A stretch of DNA of 56,542 nt from an uncultured Candidatus Saccharibacteria bacterium (GTDB lineage Bacteria; Patescibacteriota; WWE3; 9FT-COMBO-53-11), in NCBI GenBank assembly GCA_964413845.1, contig CAYPTJ010000003.1:1-56542 (forward strand). The letters run 5' to 3'. The notes beneath the pieces are model-generated. The model was not told the origin of the DNA, searched no databases, and worked only from the letters and a program-made list of their open reading frames with translations. Positions 1 to 7,938 of the stretch are shown here, piece by piece. A program made the translations under genes and the position numbers. How positions within the stretch are numbered: the stretch's first letter is position 1; each line of letters starts with the position of its first letter.

Positions 1-53
1 ATTTGCCTCTCCTGAGAAACTGCTGTAAAATTTAAGAGGAGGTGAGGAGCTAG

Positions 54-488
54 GTGCAAAAAGAATCAATCTGGCGCAAGCCTATTACACTGAGGGGGTT
101 AGGCATAGATAAGCTATTACAGACGTTCCGAAATATCTTTCAACGTATCGCGGCGTCAATCCGATCGAAAGTTGTCGTCAGTACGACTACGGTTGGATTA
201 CTTTTACTAAGTTTGCTTTTATTCGCGTTCATATATTTTATGTTTTCTACACCAGCGGAGAGGTTAGAACTTCGAGGAAAACCTGGGGAGATTTACACAG
301 GGCTTAGGAGTTTCTTGCATGGTAAGGAGTGTGTTGAGTATGAGATGAGAACCACGCCTTGTACGACCGAACACTATATTATAGGGCTACCATCGCCTTG
401 TGGTCCCACTTTGGGTAGGTGTATGAAGTGTATTGAGCATATTTTATGGTTTAGGTGGAGTGTTCCTGAGGGGAGAGGGTGTTATTAG
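54..488 (+). CDS. hypothetical membrane-anchored Cys-rich protein
   Basis: GTG start just after GAGGAGGTGAGGAG. One hydrophobic helix (VGLLLLSLLLFAFIYFMF) followed by a Cys-rich tail. No family recognised. Confidence 0.4.
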   Translation: MQKESIWRKPITLRGLGIDKLLQTFRNIFQRIAASIRSKVVVSTTTVGLLLLSLLLFAFIYFMFSTPAERLELRGKPGEIYTGLRSFLHGKECVEYEMRTTPCTTEHYIIGLPSPCGPTLGRCMKCIEHILWFRWSVPEGRGCY

Positions 489-669
489 CTCTAAAATCCC
501 GGAAAGTTTGAAATGAAAACCACCCCCGCTCCGCGTAAAGCTTCGGGAGGGCGCTGCCAAAACCCACCATCCTCTCCTGTGCGTTAGGAACACTTCTATA
601 GAAGTGTCCCATGTCCCCGTGGGTCTAGAATGAAGAAAATTCGACCAAAACCGCCGTCGGCGCTCTTTA

Positions 670-689
670 GACAACCTTCCCGTTCGCCG
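670..689. repeat. 20-nt direct repeat GACAACCTTCCCGTTCGCCG (copy 1)
   Basis: Exact copy at 1826-1845 and a partial copy (CCTTCCCGTTCGCCG) at 937-951. Confidence 0.9.
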
Positions 690-879
690 GTGCTCCCGTC
701 CTCCTGTGCTTTAATCTCCACCTTGATCTTTCTTAATCTTTTCAATTCTGCCTGTCGGCAGACAGGCTTTAGGTTTTAATCTTTGATGTTTTTAAGTCCC
801 ATTTTCCTCCTGAGCGTGTTATAACGCGTTATAACGTCAGGTTTTGAATTGACGGCCGTAGCGACTTTTTTTTGACAAC

Positions 880-936
880 CTTTAGGACGTTCGACGTTCT
901 TTAGGACGTTTGACGTTCTTTAGGACGTTCTACGTC
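880..936. repeat. 3 x 19-bp tandem repeat CTTTAGGACGTTCGACGTT
   Basis: Units at 880-898, 899-917 and 918-936 with 1-3 mismatches, lying in a roughly 480-bp ORF-poor spacer. Confidence 0.9.
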
Positions 937-968
937 CTTCCCGTTCGCCGTCAAAATTTACTTCGGCT

Positions 969-1778
969 TTACCTAAGATCGTCAATGAAGATCTCGTAAT
1001 AGGAAACGAGTGAGGCGGCGTAAAACATCATCCAGAAGAAGAACTCCTCAAAAGGAAAAGTTCTCCCAAAGACGGTAATCCGACCAATGTAGTTGTCGCC
1101 GGTGTAGATCCAATAACTATAATCGACGGCGAACAACTCGAGTATAAGGTAGAGGACAAAGAAATAACTTGTCGTAATTGCCATTTTCTTAATCATATTT
1201 GGCTTTTTAATGGCAAGAAGAATTGTTGGGGTAATCGCCGCCAACCCCATATAAAAGTATGGGTAACGGAGTTGGAGAAGAAAACTTGGTTGGATTATAT
1301 AAATTACTAAAGTTACTGCTACAGCAGACAAACCCAACAGCAATCCAAACAGAAAATTTGGGGAAACTTCCTTATTCTTCTTATCATTAACAAAATGTTC
1401 ATAAAAAACTATGGTCCACAACGTCATCATCATGTAGGCCAGAATATTATCAATTGGAACAACCCCCAGAATTTTTTTCTCGAAAACAAGAGAAACGACA
1501 GTCCAGGTCCGGGTGAACTCAGCGACAAAGTCAAGGAAGAAGGCAAAAACAACGCCAAAGAGAATTGTTGCCAGGATGATTTTCTTCCAATCCTTCTTTT
1601 GCCGAATACTTAAGTAGGGGACGACGGTCACGGTGTAGAACAGGAATACGAAAAAAGGCTTTCCGATATACAGATTAGCGGTTAGGTAAGCGTACAAGAA
1701 ACTCAGTCCTGTTAGCCCAATTAGTACTACCGCATCTAGCTTTTTCCCGGAAAGAGGACTCTTTACCATCTCCTCCAA
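969..1778 (-). CDS. multi-pass membrane protein, possibly lycopene-cyclase-domain family
   Basis: 269-aa ORF with about 7 hydrophobic segments. FPFEEFFFW (PxEE-like) and VPIDN motifs resemble the two halves of CrtYc/Yd-type domains. SD GGAGGAG precedes the ATG and a TATAAT lies upstream. Confidence 0.55.
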   Translation of the reverse strand: MEEMVKSPLSGKKLDAVVLIGLTGLSFLYAYLTANLYIGKPFFVFLFYTVTVVPYLSIRQKKDWKKIILATILFGVVFAFFLDFVAEFTRTWTVVSLVFEKKILGVVPIDNILAYMMMTLWTIVFYEHFVNDKKNKEVSPNFLFGLLLGLSAVAVTLVIYIIQPSFLLQLRYPYFYMGLAAITPTILLAIKKPNMIKKMAITTSYFFVLYLILELFAVDYSYWIYTGDNYIGRITVFGRTFPFEEFFFWMMFYAASLVSYYEIFIDDLR

Positions 1779-1825
1779 AATTATATCCTATCGCACCTTT
1801 ACAGATCTGGAAGAATCAGAGGATC

Positions 1826-1845
1826 GACAACCTTCCCGTTCGCCG
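1826..1845. repeat. 20-nt direct repeat GACAACCTTCCCGTTCGCCG (copy 2)
   Basis: Identical to 670-689. Both copies are followed by AGCGTGTTATAACG (812-826 and 1887-1900). Confidence 0.9.
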
Positions 1846-1978
1846 ATCCAGTTTTGATTAACCTCTCTTACCATCTCCTCTTCTTAGCGTGTTATAACGA
1901 CGGTGCGAAGGAGGATAGGGAGAAAAAAGAAGAGCCACCTCCTTAAGAGAGTGGCTCTAAAACTGCGGTGATCAAGGG

Positions 1979-2455
1979 CTAGACAGTAATGGCCCAAACG
2001 ATAAGCCATCCAACGACAAGGATCCAGAGGACCACGGTTACCGCAAAAAGCAGAAGACCGTCGTGGATCAACCAGAAGTAGTTGGCTTGAAGGTCAAGTT
2101 CTCGGATACTTCCGCGAAGGTTGTCCAACCCCGTCTGATATTCGGGGGACAACCGGTCCATGGTGGTGAGCCTTTGGGCCTGCTCGACGTGGTTGATGAG
2201 CGTCTTGTAGATGAGGGACATGTCGTTTTTGGGCGTGCGGAAGATGAGAGCGGCGTAACCGCTGGTCATCCCCCAACGCTCCATACCCTCTTTGACGTTG
2301 GTCATCCATGCAAGCATGTCATTTGGCTCAGAGCTCACTTGGGCTCTGGTCTTCCAACCGTTGACCTGCCGATCGATCTGATAGTTGAAAAACACAAGCC
2401 CTAGGGTTGCAGCGATCGCCACAACCAACAAAAGTGTAAATACTGCTCCTTTCAC
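1979..2455 (-). CDS. hypothetical protein with N- and C-terminal TM helices
   Basis: Start moved to an internal GTG (VKGAVFTLLL) that sits 6 nt after AAGGAGG. The longer ORF to 2521 has no SD. Confidence 0.6.
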   Translation of the reverse strand: MKGAVFTLLLVVAIAATLGLVFFNYQIDRQVNGWKTRAQVSSEPNDMLAWMTNVKEGMERWGMTSGYAALIFRTPKNDMSLIYKTLINHVEQAQRLTTMDRLSPEYQTGLDNLRGSIRELDLQANYFWLIHDGLLLFAVTVVLWILVVGWLIVWAITV

Positions 2456-2631
2456 CTTACACCTCCTTAAAGTGCTTTTAGTCGCCAATTCCTCTTTGGT
2501 AAGCCTACGGGCGACACGCAAGAGCTTACATTCCTATCCTATCATAAAGCCGATAGTATGTCAACGACTGCAGAAACCTTGACAATTATTTCCCTCCTGA
2601 TATTCTTTAGGAAAGAAGGGAGGGGGTGGCT

Positions 2632-2775
2632 GTGTGCGGTCCACAAGGTAGACCAGAGGAGGCCGGCGGCAAAGGACTTTGCCTGTTTTGCCGTGCTGAA
2701 GTTGAACAATCGCAATTCGCCGGGCACCTTAAGCGTTGTAAGGCAAAGGCGCGCCGCAAAAAAGTTTTAAAATAA
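2632..2775 (+). CDS. possible 47-aa basic Cys/His mini-protein
   Basis: GTG follows GAAGGGAGGGGG. The peptide contains CLFC...HLKRC and a Lys/Arg tail. It is below the size cutoff of the ORF track. Confidence 0.3.
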   Translation: MCGPQGRPEEAGGKGLCLFCRAEVEQSQFAGHLKRCKAKARRKKVLK

Positions 2776-2808
2776 AGCGATTGCGATAACTGGGAAGGAG
2801 GTTTTAAG

Positions 2809-3051
2809 ATGGCGTCGAAGGATCTTCCGGGAGGGATTGGTTGTGAGGAGGCCCAAAACCTCGCTAATCTCTACTTCAATGGCCTTGGTGGAGATGTCGT
2901 AAAAAGACCTTACTTGAAGCACATTGAACTTTGCGAAAGGTGTCAAGCGGTCCATCAAAGGTGGGTGGCTTGGCTTTGGGAGCTGGGAGAAGTGACCGGG
3001 GACGCTTTTGGTTATGTTCCTGAAAATCAAGAATCGATGCCCGAACTGTGA
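2809..3051 (+). CDS. small protein with HxxxCxxC motif (ZAS anti-sigma-like zinc finger)
   Basis: ATG follows GGGAAGGAGG. Contains KHIELCERC. An intrinsic terminator follows directly. Confidence 0.55.
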   Translation: MASKDLPGGIGCEEAQNLANLYFNGLGGDVVKRPYLKHIELCERCQAVHQRWVAWLWELGEVTGDAFGYVPENQESMPEL

Positions 3052-3068
3052 AGCTCGGGCATTTTTCT
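3037..3068 (+). terminator. rho-independent terminator
   Basis: ATGCCCGA...TCGGGCAT stem followed by TTTTTC. Confidence 0.75.
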
Positions 3069-3154
3069 TTTCACCCTACGGTTGGAAATAAGGAATGAAA
3101 CGAACTTTTTGGCTTTAGCCAAAATCGATGGGTTTAGCGTTGGTTAAAAATTAG

Positions 3155-3880
3155 CTAAATAATCATAGAGATTAGCATCGCAACGGCACAACCAACAATG
3201 ATGCCAAAGCCCATCCCATGTGGCTGTTTGTAGCGCTGGGCTGTTGGTAGAAGTTCGTCAACAGTAAGATAGACCATTACACCAGCGGCAAAGGCTAAGG
3301 CTAAAGGAATTAACCCCCCGACAGATGATAAGAGAGCTACACCTATTACTGCGCCAAGAGGCTCTGCTAACCCAGAGAGAAAAGAGATTGTAAATGCTCG
3401 CTTTCGCGAACCTCCTGAAGATATTATCGGCAATGCTATGGCAATTCCTTCTGGTATATTGTGCAAAGCTATGGACACAGCTACCAGCAAACCAAAAGCA
3501 GGCAAATGATAAAAACCAGCTGATATAGCAAGCCCTTCCGGCATGTTATGGAGTGAGATGCCTATAGCGATCAATGTGGCTGTCTTGAACATCTTTTTAT
3601 CAATTATTCCTTTCTCAAAAATAGAGAATTCTAAATGGGGCAACAACGAGTCTAGAAAAAGAATGAGTAGTGCGCCTAATACAAAACCAATGATAGCTAA
3701 CACATAGCTAATCATCATAGATTCGTGTAGTAGTCCTGTGAATGCCAAGGTTAACATAATACCGGAGGCAAAGCCCATGCTGGCTGACATTAAGGTCTTG
3801 GTAGGCTTGAATGGAAAAATTATTAACGCACCCAAACCCGTACACAAGCCGGCTATCAGGGCAAGCAAGATAGGATACAT
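3155..3880 (-). CDS. zupT: ZIP-family divalent metal (zinc) transporter
   Basis: HNMPEGLAI and HNIPEGIAIA signature repeats in a polytopic membrane protein. Confidence 0.85.
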   Translation of the reverse strand: MYPILLALIAGLCTGLGALIIFPFKPTKTLMSASMGFASGIMLTLAFTGLLHESMMISYVLAIIGFVLGALLILFLDSLLPHLEFSIFEKGIIDKKMFKTATLIAIGISLHNMPEGLAISAGFYHLPAFGLLVAVSIALHNIPEGIAIALPIISSGGSRKRAFTISFLSGLAEPLGAVIGVALLSSVGGLIPLALAFAAGVMVYLTVDELLPTAQRYKQPHGMGFGIIVGCAVAMLISMII

Positions 3881-3891
3881 ATTGTATTTAT

Positions 3892-3920
3892 ATTTTAGCT
3901 AAACTCTCTAAAAAATTCAA
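3892..3920 (-). promoter_or_regulatory. putative sigma70-type promoter of the ZIP gene (TTGAAT-17-TAAAAT)
   Basis: Minus-strand TTGAAT (3915-3920), a 17-nt spacer and TAAAAT (3892-3897). The ATG lies only about 11 nt downstream of the -10 and there is no SD. Confidence 0.5.
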
Positions 3921-3921
3921 T

Positions 3922-3938
3922 TTTCCCGTGACGGGAAA
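3922..3938. promoter_or_regulatory. perfect palindrome TTTCCCGT-G-ACGGGAAA abutting the -35 of the ZIP promoter
   Basis: 8-1-8 inverted repeat, a candidate metalloregulator operator. Confidence 0.4.
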
Positions 3939-3977
3939 GGCGGTTTATTCATCCTTCTCTTGACACTGATTTCTTAG

Positions 3978-4208
3978 TTGTTAAACTTAAGGAAAGAAGG
4001 AGGGAGGGATGTACTTTCTAAGGGTGGTGAACTGCGGGTTGTTGCGCGGGCGTACCTGGTTGGTACTTCCGACTCGCCGATTCGGTTGGTGGAGTTGCGG
4101 TGCCCGTTTTGTGGTGAGCCGCGCAGCGGGGAACTCAGGCCTTGCTTTTGTGGTGAAGTTCCGGTGGAGATCATCTCTAGGAAGGGCAGTTTGTTGCTGG
4201 CTGATTAG
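3978..4208 (+). CDS. possible small zinc-ribbon protein (CPFCG...CFCG); start unresolved
   Basis: The frame contains protein-like sequence with CPxCG and CxC motifs. The only start is a TTG without SD, and the strong SD+ATG at 4009 opens a different frame. Confidence 0.3.
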   Translation: MLNLRKEGGRDVLSKGGELRVVARAYLVGTSDSPIRLVELRCPFCGEPRSGELRPCFCGEVPVEIISRKGSLLLAD

Positions 4209-4263
4209 AAGATATCCTTTGTCCCGTCGCCGGCGGTTCTGGCAAAGAGAAGGAGGGAGCTAG

Positions 4264-4365
4264 ATGGGCTTTCTGGAGGTATTTAAGCTTATTGCTGCTC
4301 TGGCGGCTCTTGTGATCGCGGGGATAGGTGTATGGCGAATGAGACGGATAATTAGAGGCAAATAG
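4264..4365 (+). CDS. possible 33-aa single-TM peptide
   Basis: ATG follows GAAGGAGGGAGC. Peptide is MGFLEVFKLIAALAALVIAGIGVWRMRRIIRGK. A terminator lies downstream. Confidence 0.35.
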   Translation: MGFLEVFKLIAALAALVIAGIGVWRMRRIIRGK

Positions 4366-4415
4366 ATTATCCGTCAGAGGGCTTCATCAGCTGAGATAGA
4401 ATGAAGGACGTTGCT

Positions 4416-4446
4416 AGGCGGTTTTTACAAAGACCGCCTTTTTCTT
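4416..4446 (+). terminator. rho-independent terminator
   Basis: AGGCGGT...ACCGCCT stem followed by TTTTTC. Confidence 0.7.
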
Positions 4447-4519
4447 TATCCAGATTGACAATGTAGCCTGCGCATATAGAATAGATTTGAAGCATTAACA
4501 ATGTGGGAAAGGGGGAGGA

Positions 4520-5173
4520 ATGACGGTACTTCTGGTAACCTTCGGTTATCTTTTAGGTTCGATCTCTTTGGCTTATCTCGTTGCTCGTTGGATCAGGGGG
4601 ATAGATCTTCGTCGCTGGGGTAGCGGTACGGTTAGCGGTACCGGTGTCTACTATCATGTGTCCAAGTGGGCGGTGGTTCTGGTAGGAATCTTTGACCTCG
4701 CCAAAGGTGCTTTCCCAACCTGGCTGGGGCTTAGGTTAGACCTGGGGTTGCCGGTGGCTTTGGCTGCAGGACTGGCCGCAGTGGTTGGTCACAACTGGCC
4801 CTTTTATCTTAGGTTTAAAGGCGGTCGCGGCCTTGCTACCATGGGAGGAATGCTCTTGGTAGTCTTTCCTTGGAGTGCTCTTTGGTTAGGGCCTGCGTTG
4901 GGCATCGGACGGTTATTTCGCTACACGGGACTGGGGGGCTTGTTAGGGTTAGCGACGCTTCCAATTTTAGGGTTGATCATCGGGCAATCCCCAGCAGTAA
5001 TTTGGGCTTGTGGGGGGATGCTCCTTTTGACGGTGATCAAACGGTTGGAAGCCAACCGCTTGCCGCTACCTCCGCCAGGACCTAAGCGGCGCCGAGTCCT
5101 GATCTGTCGCCTGCTTTTCGACCGTGATGTTGGTCCTCGTGAGGTTTGGACGGAGCGCGGTCTTATAAAATAG
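4520..5173 (+). CDS. plsY: glycerol-3-phosphate acyltransferase PlsY
   Basis: GSGTVSGTG and HNWPFYLRFKGGRG motifs in a membrane protein of about 200 aa. Confidence 0.85.
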   Translation: MTVLLVTFGYLLGSISLAYLVARWIRGIDLRRWGSGTVSGTGVYYHVSKWAVVLVGIFDLAKGAFPTWLGLRLDLGLPVALAAGLAAVVGHNWPFYLRFKGGRGLATMGGMLLVVFPWSALWLGPALGIGRLFRYTGLGGLLGLATLPILGLIIGQSPAVIWACGGMLLLTVIKRLEANRLPLPPPGPKRRRVLICRLLFDRDVGPREVWTERGLIK

Positions 5174-5235
5174 ATGTGTTGGGCCCGTATTTTTAGTGCG
5201 GGCTCTTTTCTTTTGAAAAAATAATGGGTACTTTT

Positions 5236-6357
5236 TCAAGTACCCATATGCAAAACATCGTTATACACTTTGAGGATCCTTGGTCCAACATTGTCCCAAG
5301 AATACTGCTCAACCTCCTTAAGGCTCCACCGGCTCATCCTTTTTCTTAGCTCTTCATCTTTTGCAAGAATGATGAGAACCTCGGCAAGCCCCTCGACATC
5401 TTCCGGTGGAACAAGAAGCTTCGCCCCTTCTCCCTTAAGAACCTCACGGTATCCGGCGTTGGCAAAAGCGACAACCGGCAGTCCTGAAGCCATCGCTTCC
5501 AAAAGAACAATTCCAAAACTTTCCCCATGGGTCGCTGGTGCACAATAAAGATTGGCCTCGGCAAAGAAGCGCGGCAGCTCTTCCTCATTGGCAAACCCAA
5601 CAAACCTTACCCCTTTAAGATTATTTTTGGCCACAAATTCTTCCGCCTTAGCTTCTAGAGGTCCACCTCCAACGATAACTAGCCCAACATCACTAACCTC
5701 TTCCCGAATCTTCTTAAAAGCTTTCAGCAGAAAGAGAATTCCCTTTCTCTTGTCCAATCTTCCCACATACAAAATGGTGATTGACCTTTTAGTGGGGAAG
5801 CGCTTGCGGTAAGTGCTCTTGAACCGCTCAAGATCAACTCCGGGAGGGATCACCGCATATTCGCCGGGGGAGACTTGATTGGCAAACTCTAGCGCTGGTT
5901 GTGAGATGGCAATTCTCCCATCAAGTTTTTTGATGTAGTGGTCCATCAAAGGAAAAAGAAGCGGTAATGACACCGGCAACCTTTCCGGTTCCAAATAGTT
6001 ATGGAAAGTGGCAACGCTTGGGGTGCGGGTGTGGTCAAGAAACCGCATCCCCAACACTCCAAACATTCCTTGAAGATGGAGAATCTCAAGGCGCTCTTTT
6101 TCTGTGATCTTCTCAATCTCCTCTTTTCCTATCCAGTCGGTGTACGCTGAGATCTGTGTCCCTATTCCAGGAAGGGTAGGAGATTTCCCCACTCTTGCGA
6201 CTTTGAATCCTTTCTTCTCACTTTCTCCTTCTTCGCCACCGGCGATAATTACTGCCTGATGTCCCGCTTTTTGCAGGAACTGATAGAGTCCTTTAACGTA
6301 GGTTTGGACTCCGCCGGGAAAATCGGGATTGCCATCAAGTAAAATTCCAACCTTCAT
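5236..6357 (-). CDS. GT4-family glycosyltransferase
   Basis: ESFGIVLLEAMASGLPVV (EX7E region). Start moved to MKVGILLDG, which follows AGAAGGAGGGG. Confidence 0.85.
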   Translation of the reverse strand: MKVGILLDGNPDFPGGVQTYVKGLYQFLQKAGHQAVIIAGGEEGESEKKGFKVARVGKSPTLPGIGTQISAYTDWIGKEEIEKITEKERLEILHLQGMFGVLGMRFLDHTRTPSVATFHNYLEPERLPVSLPLLFPLMDHYIKKLDGRIAISQPALEFANQVSPGEYAVIPPGVDLERFKSTYRKRFPTKRSITILYVGRLDKRKGILFLLKAFKKIREEVSDVGLVIVGGGPLEAKAEEFVAKNNLKGVRFVGFANEEELPRFFAEANLYCAPATHGESFGIVLLEAMASGLPVVAFANAGYREVLKGEGAKLLVPPEDVEGLAEVLIILAKDEELRKRMSRWSLKEVEQYSWDNVGPRILKVYNDVLHMGT

Positions 6358-6635
6358 CGTTTTCCCCTCCTTCTTTTGATTTAGCTTTGAGGGAACGAAA
6401 AGAGGATAGCAGATTAAGATAGAAACCAGCAAGGGTGGGGATCTCTCTCGCGCTTGATCTTTTCTTGGTTCCCTGATATTATCTTTGCGGTTCCGCGGTT
6501 GCGGAATTTGGTAAGATGAAAAAGGTGATGGTTAAGCGTCCGTCCGAGTTAGTGATCAGCGAACACTCTACCGTGATCAGGAAGGAGGTGTTAGCCGACT
6601 TCTGATCGCTGGTCTTCCGATCCTAATCTCTGTTG

Positions 6636-6656
6636 GCCGCTTAACGCGGCTTTTTT
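6636..6656 (+). terminator. terminator-like hairpin in the rplC leader
   Basis: GCCGC-TTAAC-GCGGC followed by TTTTTT, about 110 nt before rplC. Confidence 0.55.
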
Positions 6657-6768
6657 GATTGGTTGTTCTCTTCGAGAATGACCATCAACCCCGCATACGA
6701 CGCTCCAACGAGATCTGGACGTAGTCAAGATGAGTTGGAAGGAGTTGTGCGGGGTAGGAAGGACAAAG

Positions 6769-7287
6769 ATGAAAGAGATAAAAGGGAAAAAGTTGAGTAT
6801 GTCCCAAATTTTCGCCGAAGATGGTCGAGTTATTCCTGTGACTTTGATTAAGTTTGCGGAGTTTCCCCAAGACCTTACCCCCGGAACCCCCGTCAGAATC
6901 ACGGGGGTTTCTAAAGGGAAAGGTTTTGCGGGGGTAGTGAAGCGTTGGGGTTTTGCTGGTGGGCCGGCAACCCACGGTCAATCTGACCGAGAGCGTGCCC
7001 CTGGTTCTATTGGGCAAAGGACCACTCCCGGGCGCGTCCATAAAGGGAAAAGAATGGCTGGTCGGATGGGAATGAAAAAAGTAACCCTCAGAGGCCTATC
7101 TGTTGTTGAGGTTGATCTAGAAGCAAAAATTGTAAAGCTTTCAGGAGCGGTGCCTGGGCCGCGGGGAAGAGAAGTCGTTGTGCGTTACGAACCCAGCGAA
7201 GTCAGGAGTCAGGAGTCAGGAGCCAGTAGTGATAGGGAGAGGAGAGACGAGGAGGAAACGGGTAAAGGGAAGGAAACTACTGACTAA
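6769..7287 (+). CDS. rplC: 50S ribosomal protein L3 (compact, with repeat-encoded tail)
   Basis: [25 protein letters not shown]...PGSIG signature. The ATG at 6769 follows GGAAGGA. Confidence 0.9.
   Translation: MKEIKGKKLSMSQIFAEDGRVIPVTLIKFAEFPQDLTPGTPVRITGVSKGKGFAGVVKRWGFAGGPATHGQSDRERAPGSIGQRTTPGRVHKGKRMAGRMGMKKVTLRGLSVVEVDLEAKIVKLSGAVPGPRGREVVVRYEPSEVRSQESGASSDRERRDEEETGKGKETTD
7201..7230. repeat. heptanucleotide array (GTCAGGA)3-GCCAGTA-GT
   Basis: Period-7 tandem array. Its 21-mer CAGGAGTCAGGAGCCAGTAGT is identical to 19701-19721. Confidence 0.9.
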
Positions 7288-7309
7288 TGGCTACTGTCTA
7301 ATGACTAAA
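7282..7309. repeat. heptanucleotide array GACTAAT-GGCTACT-GTCTAAT-GACTAAA
   Basis: Period-7 array. It resembles 19741-19768 and contains the rplC stop codon. Confidence 0.85.
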
Positions 7310-7311
7310 CT

Positions 7312-7938
7312 ATGAAGGTTGATCTTTACAGTGAAAAGGGAACAAAGTTAACGACCAAAGTGGAGCTCCCAAAGGAGATCTTTGGGATTGCTCCCAATGA
7401 AACCGCCTTGCGGCAGTATCTTCATGTTTATCAGGCAAATCAGCGCCGAGGAACGGTTTCGACCAAAACTCGCGGTGAAGTTTCCGGGGGAGGACGAAAG
7501 CCCTGGCGGCAGAAGGGAACAGGCCGGGCACGTCACGGATCGATCCGTTCACCCTTGTGGGTTGGGGGGGGAGTAACTCATGGTCCAAAACCGCGGGATC
7601 TTACCCTTTCAATTCCCAAAAAGATTGCCGATCTAGCCTTGAAATCCGCCCTTTCTTTGAAGGCAAAGGAAGGAAAGATCAAAATTCTTCGGGAGTTGAC
7701 CTTCAAAAAGCCAAAGACGACTCAAGCCGCCACACTTTTAAAGAAGCTTAAGCTTGGGAAAAGCGTTTTGCTACTTGCCCCGGAGAAAGATTTGGGACTG
7801 CAGCGTTCTTTTCGAAATATCAAAGGAGTGGAGGTGAGGATTGCCTCAAATGTGAACGCCTATGATGTTTCCTTGGCCGGGGATACCCTTTTTTTGAAAG
7901 AGGCGATCGGGAGACTTAAGGAGCGTTTAGGAAAATGA
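7312..7938 (+). CDS. rplD: 50S ribosomal protein L4
   Basis: GGGRKPWRQKGTGRARHGSIRSPLWVGGG motif and operon position. Confidence 0.95.
   Translation: MKVDLYSEKGTKLTTKVELPKEIFGIAPNETALRQYLHVYQANQRRGTVSTKTRGEVSGGGRKPWRQKGTGRARHGSIRSPLWVGGGVTHGPKPRDLTLSIPKKIADLALKSALSLKAKEGKIKILRELTFKKPKTTQAATLLKKLKLGKSVLLLAPEKDLGLQRSFRNIKGVEVRIASNVNAYDVSLAGDTLFLKEAIGRLKERLGK

Noticed and set aside
880-936. Tandem repeats (also 38727-38814) as CRISPR arrays
   Set aside because: The units are directly adjacent with no unique spacers, there are only 2-3 copies, and no cas genes are in the window.
4009-4263. 84-aa ORF as a real protein
   Set aside because: Its Arg/Trp/Gly-rich composition looks like an out-of-frame reading. 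It is kept only as part of the frame-conflict finding.
444-7041. ORFs 444-674(-), 2063-2404(+), 2094-2309(-), 2542-2727(-), 2767-3030(-), 3974-4174(-), 6591-6902(-) and 6685-7041(-)
   Set aside because: They overlap better-supported genes or repeat-rich spacers, lack SDs, and have Pro/Arg/Ser-rich shadow composition.
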